Assembly (NCBI RefSeq): GCF_009914755.1
Contig: NC_060929.1
Direction: 5' to 3' (one strand)
Source: the human T2T-CHM13v2.0 reference genome, Homo sapiens
DNA: 64,000 bases
In this document: one piece after another, positions 28,450 through 41,479 of the stretch
Layout: each line of letters starts with the position of its first letter
Numbering within the stretch: the first letter of the stretch is position 1
Made by a program: the position numbers and the translations under genes
Notes under the pieces: generated by a model
The model's input: only the letters and a program-made list of their open reading frames with translations
Told to the model about the DNA's origin: nothing
Databases searched by the model: none

Positions 28450-28765
28450 GACAGAGAATTTTCCCCTGTGGTGAAATCTGAGGACCAGGACCTGGGCCCA
28501 AGGGGATATTCGATATAGCATAGTTTAGAGCTGCACTGTCCAATGTGGTGGTCACTAGCTACCTGTGACTGCTGAGCATTTTTTTTTAGGTGGGCTAGTC
28601 TGAATTGAGATGTGCGGAAAATGTAAAATACACACCAAGTTTCCAAAACTTAGTACAAAAAAAGTTTAAAAGAACCCTCATTTTTTATTGATTTAATTTC
28701 AGAATTAATTTTTACATATTGAAATAATATTTTTGATGGGTGAAATAAAATGTATTAAAATTAAT

Positions 28766-28989
28766 ATTTTTTAACTTTTAAGTTGAGGGGCACATGTGTA
28801 GGATGTGAAGGTTTGTTACATAGATAAGCGTGTGTCATTAGGGTTTGTTGTATGGATTATTTCATCACCCAGGTATTAAGCCTAATATCCATTAGTTATT
28901 TTTCCTGATCCTCTCCCTCCTCCCACCCTGTACACTTTGATAGGCCCCAGTGTGTGTTGTTCCCCTCTATGTGTCCGTGTGTTCTTATA
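28766..28989 (-). mobile_element. Heavily 5'-truncated L1PA (older primate) 3' end
   Basis: 'ttatttcatcacccaggtattaagcc...ggccccagtgtgtgttgttcccctc'; TSD attaaaattaat at 28754-28765 and 28990-29001. Confidence 0.9.
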
Positions 28990-29014
28990 ATTAAAATTAA
29001 TTTTAATAGTTAAT

Positions 29015-29307
29015 ATTTATTTATTTGTTGAGATAGAGTCTTGCTCTGTCACCAGGCTGGAGTGCAGTGGCATGATCTAGGCTCACTGCAAGCTCCGCCT
29101 CACGGATTCGAGTGATTCTTCTGCCTCAGACTCCCAAATAGCTGAGACTATAGGTGCGCGCCAGCACCCCCGGCTAATTTTTGTATTTTTAGTAGAGACG
29201 GGGTTTCACCATGTTGACCAGGATGGCCTCAATCTCTTGACCTCATGATCCACCCCCTCGGCCTCCCAAAGTGCTGGGACTATAGGCATGAGCCACAGCC
29301 CCTGGCC
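29015..29307 (-). mobile_element. Alu, AluSc-like
   Basis: 'caccaggctgg' and 'aatctcttgacctcatgatcc'; TSD ttaatagttaat. Confidence 0.93.
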
Positions 29308-29501
29308 TTAATAGTTAATTTTTAATGTGGCTTTTAAAACTTCTTAGATGTGGCTACTAGAACATTTTTAATTACATGTGTAGATTTACTTTATATATCT
29401 ACTGTACAGCACTGGTTTAGAGGTGAAGAGTGTGGGCTCTGGAGATAGTCTATCTAGATTTGAACCCTGGCTGCAAATCACTGGCTATGTGACTCCTGGC
29501 A

Positions 29502-29770
29502 AAGTGGCTTTCAGACCTTCCACAGAGACCTGCTGTAATCATTTCATTTTATAACATTTTACACTCACATACACATACAGATAAAATGGATGAAATAATA
29601 CCCTTACCACATGTAATGCATTCTGATATGTTCTGTTTCATTTCATTCCCCTCCCGCCTCCTATAGTCTTTCCTCTCTCATCTGTTTATTTAAAACAATG
29701 CTTGTCATGACCTCCTGAATTAAATTCAAAACACAGAAATGGGTCACAAACTCTGGTTTGAAATTCCATT
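29502..29770. mobile_element. hAT-Charlie relic (MER112-like) inside a MIR
   Basis: 'cccttaccacatgtaatgcattctgatat...aatgggtcacaaactctggtttgaaa' resembles recalled MER112. Confidence 0.55.
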
Positions 29771-30464
29771 CTTGACCTTTCTGTGTTAACTCTCATCTGT
29801 AAAATGGAACAAATACTTCCATGATCTCTTAAAGTCATTTTGAGACTATATGTAAGATAGTGTATGTAAAGCCCTTAGAACAATACCTGGTATATAATGA
29901 AGTGCTTGATGAATGAAAGAAAGTATTATTATTCTAAATGGGCCTTCAGTTTTCCCTAGGAACACTTATCAGTGTCTGTTACATAGGAAAACACACTAAA
30001 TATTAGCTGCTTTTCTTACTAATGTTGTTTTAAATAGGCCTGCAAGTTTCATACTAATTTTTTTACCCCCAAAGAGAAGTCACTTGGTGTGAGCAAATGC
30101 AGCATTTCCATAGTGGGAAAAGAGACTTCCAGCCTCCTTGTATGTTGCTTTATAAGATCTCTTAAGTTGTTTTTCCCTGTGTGTGTTCTCTCTTCTCTAT
30201 GTAGGCTGTAAATTCTCAGCAGACAAACTTTGTGCCATCTGTTGTCTTGGATCCCCCTCCGTCATACCCAGGACACAAAGGGAACATTTGTAGCACAGGC
30301 TTTGGAGCCACAAAATCTGGGGTTCACACCCTAGCTGTGCTACTCACTGTGTTCTTTGACTTTCGTCTTCCTCCAAAACGAAGGCCTTGTGGCCTCTGAA
30401 TCCTCATCTGTGACACAGGAATCATGATACCCTCCTCTCAGCTCTGCCATGAAGATTAAATGGC

Positions 30465-30807
<343 letters not shown>

Positions 30808-31541
30808 TTAAATGGCATATTGTACGCACTGAGCCTTCTACAGAGCTGGTTGCAGGAAGTGGAGGTCATGGTTGTTGCTGCATGATTTTTATGGTATGAG
30901 CTTGGTAAGGGCTGAGTAGATCCCAAATTCCCTGGCGTCACTCCTGGTGTACAATCAAGGCACCTCAGATTCAAAGCACTTCATCCTGATGCTTTTGCAC
31001 ATTGGCCAACCCTCTTAGAACTCACCATGTACTACTTCTGGAATTATGAGAATATACACAAAGGTCATGTGCCTCGAACAGAGCTTCCTGGAGATGAAAT
31101 TTTTGATTGCATCAGGCCCAACCGCTCATGTTTGCACTTGCTTAGGCAGAAAAGGAAGGTGGTTTGAAACCACCCTGGGCAGCTTCCTGTAGCCACTGAG
31201 CCCCTGAACTGGAGTGCAGTTGGTGTGACAGGGTTGCCCACAGAGTGAATGGGTCTGCCTCCAGGGTCCTGTTTACCAGCAAGGGAAACTCTGTGTTCTC
31301 CCCTGACATTGTCCTTCAGCTGTGGGCTGACAGCAGGCCCAGCAACTTATGTCAACCCTCCAGTCTCAGTTCCTCCATTGGTCAAAAAAAGAGCTGGGAG
31401 GGTGGTTATGAGGTTTTGAAGCAACTCAATACCATGTGTCTTTAATTCACTGTTGCCACGCTGTGGGGCTGTGCCAGGCTATGGAGAGGACAATGAGCAA
31501 GATGGACAGAATGTTCCTCTCATGGGGCTCATCATCTAGGG

Positions 31542-31988
31542 TGTTTTAATCCACTTCTTTTCACCCCAGTGGAAGGATTCCCACCCTAGGGCTATGGAGA
31601 TGACTGAATGCATAACACCGGACACTGGACAAATAGCATCAACAGCATTTTATTAGTCATATATGCTCATTTAGGGGGTTGTAGTTGGGAAAAGAGTGAA
31701 CAACCAGGGTCAGTGAGAGGTGGGCTTTGTAGTATCAAGAGGGTGTGGTGCCCCTCGGTTCCCATAGGAGGATATGATTGGCTTATTTGAATAATTCCAT
31801 GGGCTGGCCAGGAACTGGAAGCTACTACTCAGGAATCAGGAAGAACAGCATCTGGTCTCCCTTGATCAGTAGGACCTTACCTGTGGGGGCAGTGTTGGGA
31901 GGGTAATTTGTGATTGGTCATTTGAAGCCCTCCTGGTTTCAGATGTCAAAGGGGCACATAATATTGGACCTTAATTTTAAGCCTAACA
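31542..31988 (-). mobile_element. ERVL-class solo LTR (MER54/MER73/MER74 group) inserted in L2
   Basis: TG...CA ends; 'taatattggaccttaattttaagcctaaca' and 'ttattagtcatatatgctca' match recalled consensus; family name uncertain. Confidence 0.55.
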
Positions 31989-32329
31989 TTGCATAGAGGA
32001 GGAAACACGTATAAACCAAGTCTTTATAATGCCGTGTGATGCTGGTTTTGGAGGGGAGAGCACATCTAACTCCAAGTTCAGGAGGAGTTTGGAGAGAAGA
32101 TTCCTGGGTTGGTCAGAGGACAGGGGCTGGGTCAAAAAGTACTTCATCTGTACAGGGGGTGATGTCAGAGCCTCAAACTGCCTTGTGCTATGAAGTATCT
32201 TATAAAGTGTGTGCCACAGAGCAGCTGCTCTCTAAGTATTTCCATCTCTTTCCTGCCCATTTTCATCTCCATTGCATTTCATCTTCCTCCCACTTGCACA
32301 TTCATCTTTCATGCCAGGCTTCCTGGATC

Positions 32330-32510
32330 ACCTGTTCTTAAAGTGTGATTCTTGGACCAGCAACATCATTTTCCTCTGAGAACTTGTAAGAAAGGCAGAT
32401 TCTTGGGTCCCATCCTAGATCTATTGGATTCAGAAACTCTGGGGATGGGGTCCAGTAGTCTGAGCTTTGACAAGTCCTGCAGATGATCGCAATGAGGGCC
32501 AAAGCCTGCC
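32330..32510. mobile_element. MER5A hAT-Charlie MITE
   Basis: 'ttcttaaagtgtg...ggaccagcaacatca...gcagattcttggg...tcagaaactctgggg...acaagtcctgcagatgat'. Confidence 0.8.
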
Positions 32511-32769
32511 CTGGATGACTCCATATTTGTTCAATGGATATGGCCCTCTCCACCTGTTGCAAACCCTCCTCTGCTTGGAATGCGTTATGCTGACAGGCTT
32601 GCTACCCTTGGCATAATTCAAGGTCCTGAACAAAGGTCATTTCTCAATGCAGCCTTTCATAATGGCCTTTGTTAAATTCATCTCCCCCTGCCCCTTAGCC
32701 TTCTGCAACCCATGATATTTCCATTATAAGACCCTGCATCCTCTTCTTTGTACTCAGCTATTTGTCTAG

Positions 32770-33230
32770 TTGGTGTGGTGTGTAGAGTATGACCTTCAAC
32801 TAGATGAATTTGAGTTCTGGGTTTGGGTCCTGTTTCTACTACTTACCAGCTGTGTAACCTTGAGTGGGGCACCAAAGTTTCTGAACTTAGCTTAGTTATC
32901 TGTAAAATGGATATCATGACAACAGCTACCTCCTAGGTTTGTTATAAGGATTAAATGAAATGTTGAACTGAAGGTATCTGCATCATCTGGCATTTAGTTA
33001 GTGCCCAATAAATGTTAGTAATTATTATTGCATTTCTAGGGTTTGCATCCCATCTTTACCATCTATTAGCTATAAGGGCTAAGAAAGTTACCTTCTTCGT
33101 GTCTCAGGTTCCTCATCTGTGAAGTGGGGATAATAATAGTAAAAGAATTCTTGTAAGAACTAAATGAGATGATGAATTCAAAGTGCTGGCACAAAGGGAT
33201 TACACAGTAAAGGTTAACTAGTACTATTAT
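32770..33230 (+). mobile_element. Two tandem MIR fragments
   Basis: 'acttaccagctgtgtaaccttgag...atctgtaaaatgg' and 'cctcatctgtgaagtggggataataatagta'. Confidence 0.75.
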
Positions 33231-33800
33231 AGTCCATAGTCCTTTTATGGAAACTACTTCTTGGTGCCCTACCGTACTATCACTTGGGAAGTGCAGCTGA
33301 GATAGAAAGATTCGTCTTAAGGAACTGGGTGCTACCAGTCCATAAGGAGCCCCACCTCATTGGGGGAAGTGCCTCTAGGCATCTGTTCTTGTTTTTTATC
33401 TTTCCTTCTCCTTTAGTGTCTCTGTGTCTCCATAGAGAATGCTCTGGTGAGGTCAGTTGCTTACATTTTTAAGCAATACAATTTTTAAAGTTGGATTTTA
33501 AACGAAAGAGGATCCTCGGAGTTTGTTTCTCTTCTCCTCCCCTCCTGCTGCCCCCCTCCTTCCCCTGGGCATCTGGAGCTTACAGGAGTTCATGCATTTT
33601 AATTAGAAGAGAAATACACTGATAAGGTGGGAACATTCGTCTACCTCAGGCAAGCCTGAGATGCTTCAGACCCAGATACCTTGACTCAATGTGGGGGAGG
33701 CTCCATCTACCCATCTCTAAGCTGCCTGCCTTCTCCAGAGGAATGATTTTAAAGTAATTGTCTTGCATCTTGGGCTGTATATAAAAAGTTAGTCTTCATT

Positions 33801-34099
<299 letters not shown>

Positions 34100-35849
34100 T
34101 CATTGTTCAGGGTTCAGATTTCTTTCTGTGTGCTTACTCTGTCATCGTCTTCTTATGATTTTTTTTTTTAAATTAGCCACTCCTGTGATAAGGAAAGAGA
34201 AGGTTGCACTTATTTATGGAATGTCTACTCTGTACCAAGCTCTCTACCAGCTTGACAAATGCTCCTTAACTTAATCTTTACCCAACCTTAACAAGTGGTT
34301 TGTGTTTTGCCCATTTTGTAGATGAAAAGACTGAGGCCCAAAGAGGGTGTGCAGGGAAGGGCATGCTATTGGCAAAGCGATGAAGATGGTGATGCTTTTC
34401 TGATTTGTGCCTCCCTCTTTGGGCCCATCTCCAGCTTCCCAGTGTTGTTCTGTCATCTAAGACTGCTTAGGGCCGGTGCCTAGGCCTGCTCTCCCCAGCA
34501 GTGGACCACATTTTAGTCGTCTGAATTTTCATTAAAACTTACCTGTTCTTGGTTTCATTTATTCAGCCTCATAGGTTTTTCAAAGCTAATCCTATAAATG
34601 AATCCCAGGTAGAGTGCTGATGGCTTAATATGAATTATCTTGTATGAAATTGTTATCTCTCCTGAAAACTCTGTACTTTGGCTTTTATAATGCTGTTTAC
34701 CAGCAATGAAAGGGATGAGGAAATAGAGGTTTAGAGTTGGAGAGTCACCTGGGCTAGTTGTCCACCATTTATCAGAGCGGGGGCACCATCCTTGGACTCT
34801 GGCGTAGAGTGTGGTGGCTTTAATCTCGGGTTGTGAATGCTGTTGGAGTACGGGGTGTTGTGGCTAAGACTTCAGGAAATGTATTTTCAGGTAGATGGGA
34901 GGGGAGGTGGTGGTGGTAGAGGGTGTCATAATCCCTGCGTGGTTAACTCTGACCCTATCTGAGCTGCTTTTCCAGCTCTGCCTGCTTTGCTTTTCTACTA
35001 TGAGCCTGTGGTGATCCCTTTATGCCGTCTGGTGTTTTAGTAAAATGGGAGATGTGGGGGAAGTCTTCCCTCTCCTGGTACACCCCATAGGGAGTATAAA
35101 GGCAGCCTTTCCTAGAGATGCTGCACTGCACATGCTGGCTTGGAAACTGACTTCACTTATTTAGCTGATCATCAAATCTACTTTCCCTACCCTGGCCTCT
35201 AATACACTGTGACCCTTTGAGTTCTATATCAATGCACCATCTGCATTTGGCACAGGGTATGGCAGATTTCTTCCAAGGGCTGCCATGGCTTCCTGGTATT
35301 TCCTTATGCTTGTTGCTACTTGCAGATTTCTTTCTAGTAAGTGCAGATTACCTGACACCTGCACTGTATGCTAATGACTAATTAGAGCATAACCAAACTA
35401 TCGCAGAGCTGTGTGCCTTCTCCAGCTGAAAGCCAAGGTTTAAATCCTCTCTTGGCTGTAATTTCAGTGGTGCATGCAGTGGGTTTTATGAGGGCATTTT
35501 GTTTAAGTATCACATCCCAGCCAGGTCTATCTTGCGATTTCGGCCCTTAGCATCTTCAGTATGCTAAGTCCTGGGAGGCATCTGACAGGGGAGAATTGTT
35601 CCTGCTTGTTGAATGTGGAGTCAGCCACAGTTTGGAACGGTCACTGACAGGCATAAGGCAACTCAGGGGGCTAAAGGGTAGTTCCCTTGGCTGTGCATGA
35701 AGGCACATGGCCACTGGATTAACTCTCACCTCAGGGAGGTCTCCACGGCTGGTTATCTTTCCTAGCCCGACCTCAGTGGATTTTCCTCTTAGTACTTCAT
35801 CCTTCCTCTCCCTCCTTGCCTCTTCCCCCTTCAAGATTGCCCACTCTAT

Positions 35850-36140
35850 TTATTTAGTCAACAAATATTTGTGGAGCATGTACTGTAGGCCTGGCACCAT
35901 TTTGAAGCTGGGGATACAAAAGTGAACAAGCTAGAGAAGGTCCCTGACTTCACTGAGCTTATTCTATAGTTGGTGATGAGGGAATAAAATAAATTAAAAC
36001 ATATTATTTGAGGGAATGGAGGAAACATAAGACAGGTAAGGAGTGTCGCAGGGAGGGGGCTGCTCTATTGGATAGGATGACTGGTCAGGGAAGCTTCTTT
36101 GATGAGGTGACATTTGAGCAGAGACATAAGTAAAGCAAGA
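35850..36140 (-). mobile_element. L2 3' fragment
   Basis: 'caacaaatatttgtggagcatgtactg...ggtcagggaagcttctttgatgaggtgacatttgagcagagac'. Confidence 0.8.
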
Positions 36141-36885
36141 GCAAAGACTATCTGGTTTGTTTCACTCACCAGTGTCCCCAAGTCACTGGAAAAAGGCTCA
36201 ATAAATATTTATGAAATGGGGAAATGAAGGAATAAATGAATGCACAGAAGAAAATGGAACTTACATCTATAGTTTTTCTTCTTATGTTGTTCTAGCTCCC
36301 CCAGGATGGGCACCAGTCCACTTTGCTTTGAAAAGCTCCCCTTGCTCTGTTGACATCAGGGTGACACTGTGACAGGAGGATGGTGGGAAATGGAACTTTG
36401 GACTGGTGGCTGAATGACCTGGATTTTGTTTCCATGGTGATTTACCATACCTTTGCCTTAGTGTCTTCATCTGTGAAGTGGAGTAGTAGTTTGATGACTG
36501 ATTCCATACAGTATTGTATGGCAAAGGAAAAAGCAATAAATTAATGAATAAACACATAAATACATAGATATGGAAATAAATAACACCTAATAAGTTGGGA
36601 CCTTCTACCACACCAGTTGCTTTGTTATTATTTGTTTTTTATAACAACCCAACGACATTGGTACCATTAAAAATCCCATTATACAGATAAGAAAATGGTA
36701 GCTCTAAAGAGTTAAGTAATTTCTTCAAGGTGTAAATGGAAAGGCCAGAATTCAAACTCAGTACTGTCTGATTCTGGAGTCTGAGCTTTTAGCAGCATTT
36801 GAGTCCTGCCACTCTGCCTGGAAATGTCTTTATGCTGTCTTACTCTCTATAGTTCATTCTCTACAACTTAAATAGAAAGATACTC

Positions 36886-37203
36886 TTTTTTTTTTTTTTA
36901 AGATGAGGTTCTTCCACTGTTGCCCAGGCTGGAGTGCAGTGGCATTATCATGGCTCATTGCAGCCTTGACCTCTTGGGCTCAAGCAATCCTCCCACCTCA
37001 GCCTCCCATGTAGCTGGGGCCTCAGGTACATGTCATCATGCCTGGCTAATTATGATGTATATATTTACATATATTATATTTTTTGTAGAGACAAGGTCTT
37101 GCTGTGTTGCTCAGGCTGGTCTTGAACGCCTGTGCTCAAGCAATCCTCTTGCCTCTGCCTTTCAAAGTGCTGGGATTACACGTGAGAGCCACCATGACTC
37201 GTT
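36886..37203 (-). mobile_element. Alu, AluJ-like
   Basis: Diverged antisense dimer; 'gcagccttgacctcttgggctcaagcaatcc'. Confidence 0.92.
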
Positions 37204-37719
37204 AAATATATTCTTTAAGTAGATTTCATCAACAGTGACAATTAATAATTTAGTAATAACGTTAATGAAGTGAAACAACACTGGTATGTTTTTTCCCTGG
37301 GATTCTGCCTGTTTCACTAGCTTATTTGATTTGCTAATATAACTATTTATGGAATGGAAAAGACTTCCCATGACACATTCAGAAAACAGAGAGAGCAGGT
37401 CATTTATCTTTATGTTGCTTTAAAGACTGCCATTTGGAACAATGAAGAACATCAGATCTGCTCTCTCACCCCCTAGACCAACCTTTCTAACTCAGTCTCT
37501 CATGAAGGGACACCATCTGGCAGTTCTTTTTTTTTTGCTAAATGTGAAGGCTTAGTGGATGCCTGATTCCCATTTCATTATTATTAATGTGCATTCAATA
37601 TTTAGCAGTATTTTGTAAACAGTTTAGGAGTTAGGTCTCAGTTCACCTTGTGATCTGAGAGGAAGACTGATTTGACCCCCATTTGCAGAAGAGAAAACAG
37701 ATTGGTGACATCTTAAATT

Positions 37720-37905
37720 AATGTTTCTTGAAGAGTTGTCTCTGGACCTCCCATATCCAAATTGGCTGAGCAACTTACTAAAATGCAGACTCCTAAAATC
37801 CACTGCATACTCATGAAATCAGAAGCTCTGTGGGTGGAGTCCCCCAAGGGACATTCTTAACAAGTGCCCCAGGTGATTTTAATGTTCACTAAAGCTGAAG
37901 AATTA
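37720..37905. mobile_element. MER5-type hAT MITE
   Basis: 'aaaatgcagactcct...aatcagaagctctg...aacaagtgccccaggtgattttaatg'. Confidence 0.7.
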
Positions 37906-37949
37906 GAATTCATATCAAGATGTACCTGTACAGCTTTTAACAGATGATC

Positions 37950-38330
37950 CTGAGGGATGATTCTGGAGTATGTCCAGGAAGAATGACCAGAACTGTGAGA
38001 GGGACTCTAAACTCAAATGTCTGGGTGTTAGTTTAAAGAATTTGTGGTGTTTACTCTGGAGAAGAGAAGATTTGCCTTCTTTAAATATTTGAAGGTCTGC
38101 CATGTGGGAAGGATTAGACTTGCTCTGTGTAGTTCTAGGAAACAGAGCTAGGACCAGGGAGTCAGTGGAACTTACAGTCATGCAAATTTCAGCTCATCAT
38201 AAGCAAGAACCTGCTAACACTCAGAGTAGCCTGAGTATAGAAAAGGTTGCTTTTGGAGGTTGTAAGTTCTCCATCAGTCACTGAAGATGTACAAGTTGGA
38301 CATGAATTATTGGGTTGGATACAGAAGGAA
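37950..38330 (+). mobile_element. L3/CR1 LINE 3' fragment
   Basis: 'ctggagaagagaaga...aaatatttgaaggtctgccatgtgg...gattagacttgctctgtgt...atttcagctca'. Confidence 0.7.
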
Positions 38331-38483
38331 TTAGTGTACATATAGAAAAAGGTTAGCCTTTAACAAGGTATTATACTTTCTAATGCTGAGATTGTCTTGT
38401 TTTATAATTCCTTTCTTTCCTTTTGAAAAGTTGTAATAAGGTGTATGTGTGCCTACACACTCATATGCATGTGTATGTTTATA

Positions 38484-38535
38484 CTCTGTCTCTCTCTCTC
38501 TCTCTCTCTCTGACACACACACACACATACACACT
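38484..38535. repeat. Compound (TC)n(CA)n microsatellite
   Basis: Read directly. Confidence 0.9.
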
Positions 38536-38589
38536 TGTGGGTGTGCCTTAAGGGGAATTATGATTTACTTTGGGGAAAAATTAGAAGTT

Positions 38590-39180
38590 AATTTATTCAT
38601 TATTCAACAAATACTTTTTGAGTGCTTCCAGTATATCAATTGCTGTGCCGGGCACTGGCGATTCAGAATTGCCTAAGATGTGGTTCTTGCCCAGAAAGAG
38701 ATCTTGGTCTAGTGGAGGAGACTGGCTTGTAAACAGAAAAATTATAATGACCCATGGCAAATGCAATGAGAGCAGCAGGTATAGAGTATTATAGAGCACT
38801 AAGAAGGGGAACTTACCCAGCCTGTGGATGTGTGGAGCGAAGAGGAGTCAGGGTAGGATTCAGAGGAGATGGGTATGACTTTGACCGCTGAGGGTGATGT
38901 GGGGTGGCCAAGTAGAAGGAAGCAATGAATAAAGACAAATCACTGGGAGATGAGTGGAAATGTTGAGAAAGCCTGTGCTTTTGGAGATATGAGTGTGAGA
39001 CTATGCAGGTGAGAAACAAGGCTGAGTGTAGAGGTCCCATGTCACCAAGGGCCTGGTGTCCCCTGCGAAGAAATGTTGCCTCTATCCTGTAGGAGGTGGG
39101 CATTCCCTGAGAACTTTCAACAGTGAAGTGATATGGAGTCATCCGCTCATAAGGAAGATCACTCTGGTGACATTTTGGAA
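38590..39180 (-). mobile_element. L2 fragment
   Basis: 'attcaacaaatactttttgagtgcttccag' through 'ggaagatcactctggtgac'. Confidence 0.65.
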
Positions 39181-40410
39181 TTGCATTATCAGTGTAACGT
39201 GATTTTGAACAAACGTTGAGATGGCACTTATGATCTCATTGGCTGATAACCATGGTACAGTGGAGTGACATCAGAAAGGATCTGTGAACTCAGAAGGCAC
39301 AAATATCATTGCCTCACAAACTCCTCTTATCTGGAGTACCTGCTTCTTGATGTTTGCCCCAACTCTCTGCCATGCTTCCTCATCACCACTGCTAATGACC
39401 TAGTGACTCATTAAGGCCATTTAGCAACTTTGGATGCAGACCTAAAACACAGGGAGCATCCACAGCATGTTTTCCTTAATTCCAAGCACTGTATTGGTAC
39501 CATCAGATAGATTAACTCTCACCTTAGCGAGGTCTCCACGGCTGGTGCCCAGAATACATATGAACATTTTGCTTTCATATTCCATAACTTGATGCCAAGG
39601 CATAGGGAAAAGATCACATTTAAAAATTTATTCCAAATATTTTTTCTCTTTTTAAGACCCCAGTATTTTGTATGGATGAGTGGAGATGAAAAATTAACTG
39701 AGGAATTCAGATATATGGTGGATTTGCCAGACCCTACTTGCATACATGGGCTCTGTTGGCCTCCTCTTTGTATACAGACATCGCTGTCAACACCAGCAGA
39801 GGAAACATATGAATGGTGGCAATTCTTTGTTTATTTTGCTTATCAGTAAGTAACACACTTGTTGCAAATAAGTAAGTATGACAAAAGACCAATTCTTTCC
39901 TGCTTCTTTTTGCTTGTGGAGGTGTTTTGTCATGTTGCTAAGTTACCATGCTGAAGGGTTCTACTTTGGGGAATGAAGTTATTTTAAAACATCTAGTGAA
40001 CATCCTACCAGAAAACTTCTTTACAGTTTGGTGAGGGTCTGGAGTATGCTGGAGAATGGGGATGGATGAAGAAGGAGCCAAAAGTTATTGGAGCCATATA
40101 TTATAGAAACTACAAAAAGCATTCTAATCACAAGGCATAGTTGAAAATTGAGTAAATCACCAAGAAGGAGTTAGGTTAGGAAGCTGGAGTATTTAACCAA
40201 TAAATTGTCAGATGCTTTCATGACAATCTCATAAAGTAGACTAGAATAAAGAGAAGAAATGGGTAGTCTTCCTCAAAGAATAAATGGGGATAATTCAGAT
40301 GCCTGCTGGGCCTTTTGCTTCTTTTCTGCAGGGCCAGTATCTGCTGAGGTATTTAGGATTCCTAAGACGTTTATGCAGTCATTTACCGAATAATTATCAA
40401 GCTAAACACT

Positions 40411-41134
40411 TGTAAACTGAAGAATGATGAAGTTCATAAATTTGGAAAGGAGAGCTTTATTTCTCATAAAGGGTTGCAGCCTGCAGGTGGCCATTTCTGA
40501 GAGGCTGGGAAGCATAGCCTCCAGCCAGAAGCTGGAAACAGACCCTTCAAGGGAGGGGCAAATGGAACAGGAATGTATGCTGAGCAGGATGGCCAGATAC
40601 ATATATTCAATAACCTATAGGAAGATCCATGAATATTTATGAAAGCAGAAAGGTATGCATGTGCAATTGAGCCTCATACCTCTCCATTGGACCCATGTTC
40701 AAAAAATGACAGTGTTAGCATAATCCAAGGGGAGAGTTTTCGGCCCTCTGATGTCAAAAAGCGAAGCAGAGGACTGGAAACTCTTACCATGCATCCTCCA
40801 TCAGCTGGCCAGAACCACTCCATGGTTGGTGGTCTCTTACCAGAAAGAAATGCTGTGTATTATTTTGTTGAAACTACAAAAGGGAGGGACAAGAGTCAGG
40901 TGGTAGGTTGATATTAGTGGTGTTGGAGTCTGTTGACAGGGTTGGTTTCTGTTGAGCCCTTAGAGAAGAAAGCCTAATGCTGCTTAGCAAGAGAGAAGAT
41001 ATGATGAGGCGTGTCTGACTTCCCATCCCATCATGGCCAATAACTCAGTGTTCAAGGTTACTCTGGGGTTCCTTTGGCCAAGAAGGGGTCCATTCAGCCA
41101 GCTGGGGGGCTTGGGATTTCATTTTTATTTCTCA
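40411..41134 (-). mobile_element. ERV1 solo LTR, MER50-like (MER4 group)
   Basis: Minus strand starts TGAGAAATAAAAATGAAATCCCAAGCCCCCCAGC and ends ...TTTACA; 4-bp TSD CACT at 40407-40410 and 41135-41138. Confidence 0.8.
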
Positions 41135-41223
41135 CACTGGAGATATAGCAACAACAAGACAGATATGGTTCATATTCTAATGGAGTACGTTTTCTGTTTT
41201 TGTTAGACATTCTATCTGTGTTT

Positions 41224-41475
41224 GTCAGGATTCTTTCTGTGTAAGTGACAGAAGCCTGAGTTATACTGGCTTAAGTGAGAAGAGAATGAATGGCTCTAGA
41301 AACTTGAAAATCCAGCTGGGAAGAACAGGGTTGGAGAAGGATGCGGTCATACCTAGATTTAGTGGCTCAAATGATGCCAGGGAGACTATCTTTCTCCCAC
41401 CATCTCATGGCTTTACTTTCCTTCATATAGTCAGGAAAGATGGTTGCTACCAGATCCAGGCTTGAATGGTCCTAA
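41224..41475 (-). mobile_element. Old MLT1-type LTR fragment
   Basis: 'gtaagtgacagaagcctgagttatactggcttaag...gatggttgctaccagatccagg'. Confidence 0.55.
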
Positions 41476-41479
41476 TTTA

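Larger units (their letters stand above)
28531..29414. mobile_element. hAT-Charlie MITE (MER33-like) carrying nested L1 and Alu
   Basis: TIR-like ends ctgcactgtccaat and actgtacagcactg; exact 8-bp TSD gtttagag at 28523-28530 and 29415-29422. Confidence 0.85.
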
